Assembly: GCA_013239625.1 (NCBI GenBank) | Contig: MU054187.1 | Span: 13,610,974-13,674,973 of the forward strand | Direction: 5' to 3' | Length of the DNA: 64,000 bases | Origin: Lama guanicoe | Lineage: Eukaryota | In this document: piece by piece, positions 1 to 13,049 of the stretch | How positions within the stretch are numbered: position 1 is the first letter of the stretch | Layout of the letters: every line of letters starts with the position of its first letter | Made by a program: the position numbers and the translations under genes | The notes under the pieces: generated by a model | What the model was told of the DNA's origin: nothing | The model's input: only the letters and a program-made list of their open reading frames with translations | Database searches by the model: none

Positions 1-339
1 AGGCCTTTCCTGGTTCAGCTGCTTCTCTGTGTTGGCCTTGAGGCTTTCGCATCTCTGTCTCACTTGGTAAGGACTTTGCAGTGGCTTGAGGTCACTCTTT
101 GAAATGTAGGAAAGTAGCTTTCACCTCCAAGTTCTGACTCCATTTCTATTTCTCAGTTCTTTGTTTCTGTCAAGGCTGGTTTGACATCTTTATTTTGGTA
201 CCTGATTAGTCCTTTCATAAGACCCCACCTAAAAGTAGGCCCTGCGCTTCATTTTAAATTTAATCTTACACTGGCCTTAAACTCTTCTGATTTTCTTCCT
301 AGGGATGCCCGTGTAAATTTAACTATAAAGGTCCGAGTG

Positions 340-898
340 GAATCTCATCTGAATGCTTGACTGGGAAGAAACTGCTTCCAAGTGTGTGTAGTCGTTGGTA
401 GGACTTAGTTCCCCAGGGACTGCTGGACCGAAGGCCTCAGTTCCAGAGGCTGTCATCAGTTTCTTACCACTCGGGCAGATCTGGGGGAAAATTCACTTCT
501 GAACTCAGCCAGGTTGTTGGAAGAATCTAGTTCTTTGTGATTTTAAGACTGAGGTCTGTGTTCCCTTTCTGGCCATCACTTGGAGTCTAGTCTTTGTTCC
601 TCAGAGCTGCCTGGACCCCTCATCACATGGGCCCCGCCATCTGCAAAGCCAACAACGGTGTGGAGAATCTTTCTCATGCTTCAGGTTTCTCTTACTTCCC
701 CTTTTAACACCAGCCAGAGAAATTTCATTGTTTTTAAGGACTTATGTAATTAGATTAGGCCCACCGAGATAATCTCCCTGGGTTGAGGTCATGTGCCACT
801 GAACATAGCACAGTGATGAGAGTGATACCTTATTATATTTGCAGATTCTGGGTGTTAGAACCCAACATCTTTGGGGAGCCAGAAATTCTGCCACCACA
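340..898 (-). mobile_element. MaLR LTR (MLT1D/E-like), probably two tandem fragments
   Basis: Ends ttctgccaccaca (rc TGTGGTGGCAGAA, the MLT1 5' end). Has typical MLT1 blocks gttgttggaagaatctagttc and gattagattaggcccacc. Segments ~345-470 and ~480-600 resemble each other. Confidence 0.8.
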
Positions 899-1082
899 AG
901 CAGTTTTGATTCACTGAAGTGTGGTAGGTTTAGAAAGCAATACAGCCTGCCAGCAAGATGCAAGTCACAGCGGTGTGTGAACAGCAGGAGGCAGTGAACA
1001 CTGGGGCCCCATCACACCATGGTCTGCCTGCCATCCTGTCTAATGTTCCTATTTCCTCTGTGAAGTAGGGGCTGAGAGTGAG

Positions 1083-1124
1083 CAGGAGTTGCTATGGCCA
1101 GAAAGGGTACCATAGCAACTCCTG
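1083..1124. repeat. Perfect 15-bp inverted repeat with 12-nt spacer
   Basis: CAGGAGTTGCTATGG (1083-1097) and CCATAGCAACTCCTG (1110-1124) are exact reverse complements. Confidence 0.95.
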
Positions 1125-1125
1125 T

Positions 1126-1171
1126 GAAGAAAGGGGAAGAAAGGGGAAATTTAGGAAGAAAGGGGAAATTT
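1126..1171 (+). repeat. Short purine-rich tandem repeat (GAAGAAAGGGG x3)
   Basis: gaagaaagggg gaagaaaggggaaattt ag gaagaaaggggaaattt-like units read directly. Confidence 0.85.
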
Positions 1172-1779
1172 TATGCTCATCACAGTGGAGAATAATGAAG
1201 CAAACAGACTAGGGAAACGTGGAAGGACTGCTGGGCAGTACCAGATGACGCCCGGAGGTTGGAAGTTAGGAATTTCGCTTATTAAAAAAAGACTCACAAA
1301 ATGCTTCCAGTTTTCCAAAATCTCAGTCTGATTTATGTGGCATAGATACCAGATGGCATTTCTAGAGTTATGAATGGTCTGAGAGACTTTGGTTAATTTA
1401 GCTACAGCAAATAGGCCATTCTTTGCAAGATCATCTTATGCGTAGCCATGGCTCCAAAGAGATATTATACCCGAAGTCCAGAGATTTATGCTCACAGACA
1501 TGTTTATTTTGGGGGAAGTAATCAAATATTTAGTCAATATGATACTATAACTAAAATGTGAAATTACTACTGAGAAATGCAAGGCCTAGTTGGATAAACA
1601 TTTAGTTAAAACAACTGAGCTGGCAACTGTGTTCATGGATTCAAAATTTTCTTAGGAATCTCCAGTCTTGCACAATTTGAACAACTGTGCATAGACTAAA
1701 GTTACTGAATGAAAATAGCCTTCAATAAGCAGATGAAAAGTATGTAACTTTAGAGCTCTCATGTGTGTTGCTGGGTAGC

Positions 1780-1935
1780 AGAATATTGTTCTGACCTTAG
1801 ACGAGTTACTGAACCTCTGGAAGCCTTAGTTTCTTTATCTGGCAAATTGGAACAATAATATATCTCTCACAAATTAACTGTAAGTATTAAATGAGACAAC
1901 ATCGTAATTAGTACGGAGTAAGCAATATGTGTATT
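1780..1935 (+). mobile_element. MIR SINE fragment
   Basis: MIR core: tgaccttagacgagttactgaacctctggaagccttagtttctttatctggcaaattggaacaataata. Confidence 0.85.
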
Positions 1936-2964
1936 TATTTATGATCAGTGCATTTTTATTGCTCAATTGACTCAAAAAAGAATGATTAATCCAAATGTCA
2001 TTTTGACCTAAATCATTGTAAAATCAAATCAATGCCCAAGGTCTATTTCAAGACTTGAAAGGAACTGAAAGGAAAGTCTTGGAATTTTTTTCTTGTTGGG
2101 ATGGGAATCGGAAAATAATGCAACCCCTTTTTTCATAATAGACACTTTATCTTAATTTTCTACTTGTTCAAAGGGCTGATTTACAGTCACTCATTGCGTT
2201 CTGATGTTGGTGAAGAACCCAATTATTTCTCTAATGGAAGTGACCTATAAATGTTTGTACTTCAAAAGGCTTAGTAAATAAATATTAATCAGAGAATCTC
2301 ACAGCAACTATGAATGAAAAATGTACATATGAGTTCAACCAAGAAAGAAATGGATATGATCAGTCTGCTACTCGATTTGGAAATTGGAGGAGGAAGGAAA
2401 TGACTCATTTCATGACAAATGGGAATTTGCCCGTGGCCAGAATACACTGGACGGTTTGTTGTAGGCTCAAAAAACTATGTAACATATTAATTGAGTTTTA
2501 ATTATATTGGCCTCTCCAATGGCCATTAATGTCCACATAAAACTTGAATTTTGCAATTCAGGTTAACTGAAATTTGAAAAGGAGTAAAGTGTATTTCAAT
2601 TTAATATCCACTCTTTTTAAATTAATCCACCATTGGTAATCAAGGAATATATTATGGCTACTTGTGCCTTTTTTATATCACAAGCCATATTTCCTGCTTC
2701 ATTCAAACAATTTTAATGGTATATATACAAAATTAAAGGCTGGAGTAATCATTTAAAATTTCCAATCGCTTGTGACAGCTTGATTCTACTCTGCTCGGGA
2801 AGCAACATTTGCTGTAATACAATTTTCAAAGTAATAATTTATTTGAATGTATTAGAACCTTAGATATAACATGGAACTATAAAGGCCAACTCTGAACTCA
2901 ACATCATACACACACACACACCCCCTTAACTATGGCACGTACATGTTTAGTGACTGTGTAACAC

Positions 2965-3230
2965 CCATTCATTAATTCAGTGAGCAAACAAAACTGAGCT
3001 GCACGTCTTGGTGGGGCATGATTTATGTTATATAGGACACAATATTAAACAAGAAATAGTTGCTGCCCTCAAAAACTCACAGATCGGTCAGAGAATAAAA
3101 CAAGCAGTTGTAATACCCTGTCGTAAGTGTTCCAGATAGTAGAAGGTACCTTGGCACATGTAGGAAGGCTGGCTCCCACTCTCCTATCCCAGACGGCAGA
3201 CCACTTCTGGAGGAGACAAACCATATGGAT
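2965..3230 (-). mobile_element. L2 LINE 3' fragment
   Basis: cattcattaattcag...tgctgccctcaaaaactcacag resembles the antisense L2 3' end. Confidence 0.6.
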
Positions 3231-3435
3231 GACTTCATACATCGTCATAGACGCCCCTAGAAAATCTAGTCAATCCATTCATCCTACTTACTATGGGCTT
3301 CTAGGCGTCACTGTATTTGAATTACAACACATTTTTTTCCAGACATCTAGTTTGCTGTAGGAACATCCAGTTTCCCTCACATTCTTTCACTTAAATTTTT
3401 TTCAAGGAGCAGGATGAGCATGTGATAAATGATAC

Positions 3436-3712
3436 TTAATTCATTCAGCTAGCATTTACTGAGTACCAACTACATGTCAGGCACTCTCCTAAGAACTCAA
3501 GACACACTGGGAAACCTAGACAGAAGTCCCTATTCTTATGTAGTTATAGTGAACAACTAAACAGAAAATGTAACTTTTGATGCTGATGTCCAAATGTATC
3601 ATGAAAAAATTTAAGACAGGGTAAAGGGCTGAAAAAGATGGGAAGATAAGCACTATTGACAAAGAAAGAGAATTAGTCCAGAGAAGACTAGTCTACAGAA
3701 GTGACATTTGAT
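3436..3712 (-). mobile_element. L2 LINE 3' fragment
   Basis: ttcattcagctagcatttactgagtaccaactacatgtcaggcact ... gaagtgacatttga. Confidence 0.8.
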
Positions 3713-4623
3713 GTGATGATAATGATGATGATGGAGACAGTAATGACATGATGACAATGATGAGGAAGACAGTGGTAACAAAGGTGGCCAAAGGTTAAGC
3801 CAAAAGTTGCTGGACAGTACATGCAGCTCTGTAACATTTCCACTGCATAATGCGGACTCCCCAGAACAAGTCGTCTCTTGTATCTAATTTGTTAGATGCT
3901 TGAATGAAAGATGGTGTAAAAATGTGAGAATAGCACCGTTAGTCCTGTTCCTGGTTCTGTTACATTTTGTTCTTTCCCAAATTGCTTGCTTACTCTTTTA
4001 AAAAAAGATTACTTATACTTTCTAGGATGGATCACAGTGTATTTTAAGTAGGATCATAACCATCACTATTTCTTATCAAACAGAAAATTTCACAATTCTC
4101 AAGGAAAGTAAACAATAAATTCTCATTTTAATGAAGACTTTGACCTAAGGCAAATTAAACATGTCTAATCCTTTTCAGCAATCAAATAAGTTCCCAGCAA
4201 GAGACTAGCCAAAGACATGCCAAGTAATGATTTTCCTTGACATGAATGTTATTATTTCTTCATCTGGAGAGCTAGTCCTGTTCCTACCCTCACCCCTACC
4301 CACCCCCCCAAAAAAGACTTTTAATGATGTGAGTCCTTTTCAATATAATCCTGATACTTTCAGGCAAAGGGCAAAGCATATATCTGAAGTAAGCAATCCT
4401 CGTAATTCCTTCAAGAATAATACAATTTTCACTTCTATTGTCAGTCATGTTATACATCAAGATTCAAGAAAAAAATACTATTGCAAACCTATTCAATTCT
4501 TCTTCCTAAATCCTTTTGACATCCAATAATTCCAACATCTTTCTTTATTTATACCGAAAATAGACTCAATGATAAGAATTTCCCCAACTAATAATCATTT
4601 TCGTAAGACTCAGAAATTCATGT

Positions 4624-4719
4624 CTTTTAATTGAACTATAGTCATTTTACAATGATGTGTAAGATTCTGGTGTACAGCATAGTGATTCAGTTTTTATATA
4701 TATATAGTTTTATTTATAT

Positions 4720-4758
<39 letters not shown>

Positions 4759-4816
4759 CTTTTCATGTTCTTTTTCATTATAGGCTATTACAAGGTAGTG
4801 AATATAGTTCCCTGTG
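4624..4816 (-). mobile_element. 5'-truncated cetartiodactyl-type L1 3' tail containing a (TA)n microsatellite
   Basis: ttttaattgaactatagtcattttacaatg...tctggtgtacagcatagtgattcag...gaatatagttccctgtg. Possible TSD tcatgt at 4618 and 4817. Confidence 0.85.
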
Positions 4817-5552
4817 TCATGTTTATTTCAAAAGATATACTTCCTAAAGATAAATCAATTATTTACTGATCTATACTGTTTTTTTTAGAATTAAAAGTTA
4901 TGTGATTTGCAGAAGAAATAATTTTAATTCAGCATATCTTGTTTACAAATAATGCTTTTGCACAAATAGGAGTTTCCACACTTTGCAAATAAGTTGTCCT
5001 CATAATATTTTTTTTTTTTGCTCATTAAAAAAAAATTCTGCTTATTTGAATGTCAGTGACTTCTCTGTGACAGTCTTCCCAAAATTAACAGCATCCTGAG
5101 CCACATGTGCATGTGCTGGGGTAGTGGGCAGGGAGTGACTGGAGTGTGAGTGGGCTTACAGGCAGGAATGACCCTTCTTGACCAGAGTGTGAAGTTCAGA
5201 TTAATTAAACTGAGGCAGTTTAGTTTATCTAAACTTCACACAGGCAGAAGAGTTATTTTCTGCAAGAAGCTACTACCTATTCCATAAATGGCCTAGGAAC
5301 AAACACAGGTTGGTGCCTTTTGGAGGCAGAAATGCCACTTCTAAGCATCCGTGACCTGCAGTGACCATGGAGCAGTGGAGCAGGAAGGTGGACCATGTAC
5401 TAAGCTAGTAGCTTAATAACCAACCTACTAGCCCATGGCTTTGTTTTCTTTACCTTATTACATCTAAAATTGGCCGTGATGATGAGACCAATTTAAATTG
5501 TAGGCTTTCGATTAAAGGTTCACGAGAGACTCAGTTCCACTCCCTTTACTTC

Positions 5553-5996
5553 TGTGATGAATTGAACTGTGTCCTTCAAGATCAGATGCTGAAGTCCTAC
5601 CCCGTAGTCCCTGTGAATGTGACCTTGTTCGGCAGTAGGGTCTTCGCATATTTAATCAAGTTAAGATGAGGTGTTTGGGGGTGGGGCTTAATCCAGTATA
5701 ACTGGTGTCCTTATAAAAAAGAGGGCCATGTAAAGAGACATAGGGAGGGAAGATGCTGTTTGATGACGGAGGCAGAGATTGGAAAGATGCGTCCCCAAAC
5801 CAAGGACCGTAGGCAACACCAGAAGCCACGAGGGGCATGGAACAGATTCTCCTTCAGAGTGCTCGAGGGGAATCAAGGCTGCTAACACCTTGATTTTGGA
5901 CTTCTAGCCTCTAGAACTGAGAAACAATGAATTTCTGTTTTTTGAAGTCACTCTGTTTATGGTACTTCGTTAGAGCAGCCCTGGGAAGCTAGCACA
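5553..5996 (+). mobile_element. MaLR solo LTR (MLT1B/C-like)
   Basis: TG...CA termini, gaatgtgaccttgttcggcagtagggtc, caccttgattttggacttctagcctctagaactgagaaacaatgaatttctg. Confidence 0.9.
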
Positions 5997-6409
5997 GCCT
6001 CAGAAAGCACTTCACTGTGCACTCCATTTCCCCCTCATCTTCAGATCTCAGGGCTCTCAGGTGATAGCAACACACATCTCTGACCACAAGGTCCATCCCC
6101 TTGCTGTTGACTCTAGCTCATCCCTGCATCATTTCGGGGCATCACTGAGGAAGAAGGACACCATCATGTGCCCTTGTTTCTGACTGCATCGCACTTATTC
6201 TGGGACAAACATGACACTTCTGGTCATTTCCCTTCTTTAAAAAAACAATGGCTTCCACGTGAAGTCTTATATCAATCTTTCATTACTTTATTCTTTTAGA
6301 AGGCAAATATATCTTCAAAATGTCATTACCAACTTCCAAATTTCTTGATAGTCTGTTACAAAAGATAAAGCCACTTGTGTCCAGAGATAGAAAATGATCC
6401 ATTAGATGA

Positions 6410-6590
6410 GCCTTTTACATTTCAACTCTGCCACTTGGCATTGGTTTTCAATGGAGCTTGGAGCAAATCATTTAACATTGCTGTATCTCAGTTTAATACT
6501 CAGTTTAATACATTTCTGTATCCCTTATAGGGATGTCCTGAAATTAAGTAATGTTGAATTGAAAAACCCTTGGGAACTATAAGGATAAAT
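6410..6590 (+). mobile_element. MIR SINE fragment with internal 12-bp tandem duplication (ctcagtttaata x2)
   Basis: ctctgccactt...ttggagcaaatcatttaac...tctcagttt...ggatgtcctgaaattaagt. Confidence 0.6.
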
Positions 6591-7285
6591 GTAAAGGTTA
6601 AAAAGAATGACCCTTCTTGACCAAAGAAGAAAATTCAGGTCCTGATTAATTTAATCACTCTGCAGCCACACACCATTCTCAAGGGATTTTTCTTGGGAGG
6701 AAGAAAACTATATTTGGAGCAATAGAAAATCACCTTGCAAGGTAGGATTGACATATCTTGCTGATTTCAAGTTATTCACATCTCAGTCACTATATTAAAG
6801 GTAATAATAGGATAAAACAATGTTTTTGCTTTCGTGCATTGCATATTCCCACTACTTACTTCTGCAGTATTTCTTAGAGGAAGAGCTGCCAGAATTTATC
6901 ATGGTCCTAAGTCATAATATATTACAGCTCCTGAAGTCATAGACAGACTCTGTGTTTATAGTAGCCGAGAAATCTCCTATGTTTGAATTTTGTGATTATT
7001 AAATCATTTGGAGAGGAGGGTGGGTCATTGTAATTCATTTCACATTCTCATTTAAATGGATTAAAATTGTTTACCTTCGAGAGTACAGATGGGGCCATCC
7101 AGATCCTGCCCAGATAATGGAAGATATAAGCCAAGTTCTTTTGTCTTTTCATTTTATGGGCAGTTTGTTTACTGCTGCCTCATTCTGAGCCCTGGTTGGA
7201 CGTAGTTTCTTTAATGTATTACAACACTGAGATTAATTTTTATGTGTTAACTTATTTTGTTGGATAATTGATATAATTATATTAT

Positions 7286-7828
7286 TGTCAGATTTCTCTT
7301 TCAAGGACCTGGAGCTCAGGATAATAAGGAAAAATGGTTAAATTTAGCTGGCACTCCGTTCTCCTAGTTATCGAGGAGAGAGGGCTGCAATGCTCGCTCT
7401 TTGCAGGGTTAACGAAGAACATACAGAGCCTGTGTTCAGTGGTGGGCACAGAATGAATCTGTGGAACCCAGATGCCTGGTTGCTCCTTTGACTGGGATTC
7501 CATGCTTCCTGCTGGCTTAAAGGCTGTCTCTAGAGTCCTGTGCCTTTTCATGGGTTACCCCTTAGAGAATGTAGTTTGTTAAGTTCTAGACAAGATGTGT
7601 GACCTGACCCTTACCTGTAGGAGATGAGCAAGTGTGGTCATCTGTCAGGACTCAGGACGTCTTCTGGAAGCAATCTGACCAGAGGTGGAAGACCAGCCTG
7701 TCCCAACCTTGGAGCCAAAAATGGACTCTCCACTTCACATCATCTCCTAACTCCAAATTCTCTGCTGATCCCATATAGACCCATCTTTGCTGGAGAAATA
7801 GCTGGTAGTCGATTTTTTTAGGTCCACA
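7286..7828 (+). mobile_element. Probable solo LTR (ERV1-like, family unassigned)
   Basis: Block of about 540 bp, richer in GC than its AT-rich flanks, starting TGTCAGA and ending GGTCCACA. The 3' end ctttgctggagaaatagctggtagtcgatttttttaggtccaca resembles laurasiatherian ERV LTR ends. Confidence 0.55.
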
Positions 7829-8467
7829 AATACGACTATAAGTAGAAAGTAAATCCCTGAAACTTAGAAAATAAATAAATCCCGTATAGAAAAACAAATA
7901 CTCAACTTCAATATAAAGTAATTTCTGTATTAAATATGTACCCAAAGAATTAACTTTACTAGTACCTATTACTTGTAAAAGCGTTCTTTCCAGAGACGAC
8001 AACGTGCTTTGCAATGCATTCTCTTTGAAGACAGGCAGATGCCTCTGGCTTTACCAAAGCCCAAAGATGAAAGCCACACCAAGCCAAAATGTGTCAGAGA
8101 AGCATCAATTTCAGTTGTAGTATAAGAAATAAAAAGTATCTTGTTCCTGAGTTGAACAGTGAACTTTCTTTCTAATGCTTCTAGTCGTTAGTCCCTGAAT
8201 CATGCAAATAGACGAGTCATGGATAAACTGGGGGGAAAGACTGGGTAAGAAAGGAGAGTAGATTTACCCCAACATGTATTTTAAATCTGGGCATCCTTAG
8301 ATGCAGCGGTGATCTTTCCTGGAGATCTTTCACAAGTAATGCTAAGAAAGTTTCCTAGGAACACTTGGCCTTAACTCCCATCTCTGCTGACATTTGCTGT
8401 TATCTGATCTATACTTTGAAGGTAGCTTTTTTCTTCTTTCTCTCCCTGTATGTATGATTTCTTTATC

Positions 8468-8550
8468 TGTTAGGTTGAACCATTGAAAGTTGCTGTATTT
8501 AACCATTTTTAACGTATAAAAACAATAATTTCATATATCACAACCTAGTA
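8468..8550. mobile_element. MADE2 mariner-derived MITE
   Basis: ttaggttgaaccattgaaagttgc ... aataatttcatatatcacaacctagta: an ~80-bp palindromic element matching the MADE2 consensus. Confidence 0.85.
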
Positions 8551-9479
8551 ATCTATCAGGAACAGTGTTGCATATTGTAATTTGTATATTTCTAACTTAT
8601 TTCATTTCTTTAGATTTAAATTTTTCAGGAGAGTTGTTGGTAAATTGCATTATAATTTTTAAAAACTAAACAACTTTATTCATATTATTTAGGATCCGGC
8701 TAACTAACCAGGCAGACATAGAATCCCACTGGGAGGAGGGTGGGTTATTCAAGCGCTTCTGCTTCTTCAGTTATAAAAAGAATACTTAAGGGAATCATTA
8801 AATAAATAATCAACTGCAGAAGGAACTTGAAACCTCATAAATTTCATGCATAGATAGAAAACTAAAATCTTACGAAGATTGCCATTTTACCTTACAATAT
8901 TCATCAAAAATACAGATCAGATTCAATCCTAATATCTGGGCTCAGTCAACACACAAGATAATACTTGGCAGCAAATCTGGGAAAGAGAAGCCAGTCATTC
9001 CTTCCTCCCTTCCTTCCTTCCTTCCTTCCTTCATCCAGTTAACATTTGTTGACTTGCACCAGTATATCAACAGAGTTGCACTCATGTAAAAGACTGGGAT
9101 GTTGCCTTCTCCTACCGAATTCACATTCTATTCTAACCATGTTGGCACCAGGGAGAGTGAGAAGGTTCAAAATACCCATACAGATGCCTGCACGATGATC
9201 TGTCGGGGGTCTGGTCCATATGTACTATGGTGTACCTTATTTACATGACTTCAATCAGAAGAACAGTTGTAAGAAGCATGTTGAACTTGGTGATTATATA
9301 CTTCCATACAATCTGGATTCTGTCATTTGATGTACATTAAATAATTTTTGGAACTAAAATTTCTTAATAATGATGTTGTTATTTGCAACATGACTCTACA
9401 TGCATATCCTGCCTTGTGGGTATTAAAAGAACTGATTATTCCCAGCTCCTACTGTTAAAACGAAATTGAAACTCTGGCT

Positions 9480-9727
9480 CAGTAGTTCTCAACCTGGGAT
9501 GATTTTACCCTAATCCCTGCCCCTCTCTTCCCTCCCTTGTCTGCCACCCAAGGACATTTGGCAAAGACTGGAGACATATTTGGTTGTCACTACTGGTATC
9601 TGATGCGTACAGGTCAGGGCTGAAACTAAACACTCTACAATGCACAATGTAGCAAATGCTCCCCCCCCAAAAAGAACCCCAAATTTTCCTCCCCAAATGT
9701 GAATACTGCTAACGTTGAGAAACCCTG
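9480..9727 (+). mobile_element. MER20 (hAT-Charlie)
   Basis: TIRs cagtagttctcaac ... gttgagaaaccctg, with internal ggacatttggcaaagactggagacatatttggttgtcac. Confidence 0.9.
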
Positions 9728-11989
9728 CCCTCACTTTTATTATAGATTATTCCCACCACATCTTATTTTCCCTCTGTCTTCCCACCTCACTTTCAAAAGT
9801 TTAATTCCATTGGTTTAGTCAACCATTCATTTATTTACATTCTTCCAAAAACCATTGTTAAGACACTGTGGGGGATACAAAGATATATAACATAGCATAT
9901 CTGGTCTTTAATTTACATCTGATTGCAAGAACCTACCTTACATCTAGCTGGAGAATGACTTGGCTTTCTGAAAAGGATGAGTGACCAATTGAAACATTCC
10001 TTTGGGTGATGATACCAGGACATCTTTTGTGCATTCTGTTCATCATCCCAGCTCTCTCTACCCCATTTTGCACCGTACAAGTCTAGTTCTGAATTCTCTG
10101 CAAGATAAAAATGCAGTTCTATTGTTCAAACTGCATGAAAGGCAGAACTGCGTGGGGGTGAGAAGGACAGGAAAATGCAACCCTTTGTAATCATAATATA
10201 GGGGAATGTTTGGCTTAATAACAGGTTACAAAATAGATTTCTTAATCTAAGTGATAAAATCTCCTGAAGAGGGTCATGGACAAGTAAGGCAATACTTATT
10301 CACATTATTTACCTTGGGATAGGCGGAACCAGTAACCCTTTCTTGTCTGCCATTAGTCACGTTTACCCTTTAACAATACACAGATCCTCCTCATTTGCTC
10401 CCAAATGGTGATGAGTCACATCAAGAGGAGAAGATAACATCAGAGTTGTGTAACAGATCCCTAATTGAACAGTCAGATATAGGTGTTCTTTGACTCCATT
10501 TGACTAAGAAAATAGAAAGACACAGAAAAGCTAAGTATGAACAAAGCAAAGTTACTGTGTTTTCCCATCATCAGTCACTACACACATACCCTACATATGT
10601 GTACACACAGACGCATTCTGTATTATCCAGAAACACCCATGTAATGAAGAGGTACCCTGCCTGTCTTTTCTTTAAAGAGCTGATTAAGTGGTTCACAGTA
10701 GAGCAGTGTGCTATTTACTCCTAGCCTCCATTTTCCTGATGATTCACCTAGAATATGGCTATCTATCTAGAAACAGCTAAAATTAACAGAACAATTTAGA
10801 AAACCCACTGAGCTAAAGTTGCACAGCGCAGACTAAAAGAAGGGAGGAAGATGGGTGACTCAGGGGATTCTTAATGGATTTTAAACCTTTCATTTTCGTG
10901 CTTCCTCAATTTATGGACAAAGCACTCTTCTCTTGGACACTTTTGAAGTGCTTTTTTGGACAACTCATTACTTCAAATTGGGGTAGGCAGATAGCAGGAG
11001 ACAGGCAGGACTAGAGGCAAGATTTCTCACTCTAGATTTCGGGTGTTTAGAAACTTGATTTATAGGGCGCACTGTCAGTGACTAAAGGACTGGTACAGCG
11101 TTGTCTGCCACTCCCCTCACCCTGGGAGACCTGCTCTGGTGCTGACAAGCTTGTCCCCTAAATCAGCGCCAAGGTCTGAAGGAGGGGGAGGGAAGTGGCT
11201 AGAACATCCCCCACAGACCTGGGGGAGAAGCTTCCAGGCTGGGAACGAACCCACTGTAGGGTTCATTGTTGTCCATGAGTTTCCCGCCTCCAAACCCTTC
11301 CAGTTCAGATCACAGCAGTTGAGCGGTCCCAAGGTCTAGAATGGTTCAAACATTTAAAAATCTGAGACGGATACTGAGTACTTTTCCTAAAATAGATACT
11401 TATAAGAACCAGTGCAAAACTTTTCCAAAAGCCCACACTCACCTCGCTTTTCCTAGTATCTCAGAGAAAAATGCTGTTTCCAATTTAGTCTTGTTATTAT
11501 GGGGACAAATTCTCCCTTTAACTCATGACCGTGAACCTCAAGTGGGCCCAGCAGCCAAAATAAGACCAAGTAGCACACTCCAGCAAGAAAGGATAGTTGA
11601 GTTAAAGACTAAAAATCAGTCGTCGATTCTAGCGGTGATGACCATGGCAAGAATGCGAACAAGAGATTTTGTTTTGGCCTCGGTTTATGAGATCAGTTGG
11701 TAAAGATACATATTTTGAGAAGTTTTACCGCAGAAAGCAACAAAGACGTTTTAGTAGCTGGGTGATAAGTGGGGCCAAGGGGAGTTTTTTGTTTGTTTTT
11801 TTTTTCTTTTGAGTTGGAAGAATAACAGTGTATTTGTATGCTAATGAGAATGATCCAGTAGAGACTGCATTTGCTCTGGAAAAGTAAGGAGAGAATTGCT
11901 GGAGCAATGCATTTGGATTGAAAACAAGAGAGAGGCTCTGGTTTTAGAAAAGAGTGAGGAATCTTGGCCCTGTCACCCCCTCCCCTGCC

Positions 11990-12418
11990 GCCAGCCTGTC
12001 CAGGCCATCGTGGTCTCTCACCTGGACGACTGTGGCAGCTCCTAACTAGTCTCCCTGCATCCTTCCGTTATCCACCTATGAACTGTCCTCAACACAGCAT
12101 TCAGAGCGATCCTCTTAAAAGGTGTGTCAGATCAGGCCAGCCTTGTGCTCCAAACCCTGCAATGGACCTCACTTTACAGGAGAAAGGGCAGAGTCCTTGC
12201 AAGGTACCTGGTTATCTGGGGCTCTCCCTCGCTCCTCCTGAAACTCCTAGGAGCCCCTCCCAATGCCACTGACTGCTTCCTTCTGTTGATTACAGGGTGT
12301 TGCCTCTCCCCCAGGTACAGTGTGAGTCCCATGAGACTCATATTCACTAGTATCTTCAGCTTCTTAGAACCCTGCCTAGAACATAGTAGTCAATAGATAT
12401 CTGTAAGTTGAATTAATA
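11990..12418 (+). mobile_element. L2 LINE 3' region
   Basis: caggccatcgtggtctctcacctggacgactgtggcagctcctaactagtctccctgc ... tgcctagaacatagtagtcaatagatatctg. Confidence 0.85.
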
Positions 12419-12659
12419 GACTTAGCTATCAGAAAAAAAAAACCCTTGTGAGCTCTCTGAAGATTTATGAATGAGAAGTCAGAAACTGCCTCTCTGCCAG
12501 GTAAATATATTACTCTCCATAAATCTCATCAATGGTGTGTGGTGTGTCTGCTAAGCTGCAACAAATTAATTAGAAAGCTAAAGGAAGTGTATGATATTTT
12601 TATCTAACTCTTTTGCGTTCAAGGCAAAACATATTCATCAAATAAATATTTGTAGTAAC

Positions 12660-12830
12660 CTTCACAGGTGCTTAGCAGCTACGGATTTATGATTTCTTTC
12701 AGTTAAACCTCCCCAACAACATTGTGAGATGGGCGTTATAGTCCTCATTTAATTGATAAAGAAAATGAAACTCAGAAGACTTAAGTGGTTTGTGCAAATT
12801 CTTACAAAATTAGTAAATGGCGGGGCCGGG
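12660..12830 (-). mobile_element. MIR SINE
   Basis: ctcatttaattgataaagaaaatgaaactcagaagacttaagtggtttgtgcaa. Confidence 0.8.
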
Positions 12831-13049
12831 CAGGTCTTAATTACAGACTTTCTTTACATTCCAATGGAGATGCTTCCTAGCTTAGCTATGTTATATGAAG
12901 CACCAAATATTTGTAATTTTAGTATTGAAGGAATTTTAAAATTTCATATTGGTAGTTTGAGAGCCTTCATACCAAATTTTACCTAAATATCTATATATCC
13001 ATCCATCAGTCTGTGTATCTTTCTAGCCATATAATGTACATATATATTT

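Noticed and set aside
9140..9330. Possible processed-pseudogene fragment
   Set aside because: Only a ~36-codon frame with no recognisable protein, poly(A) tail or TSD.
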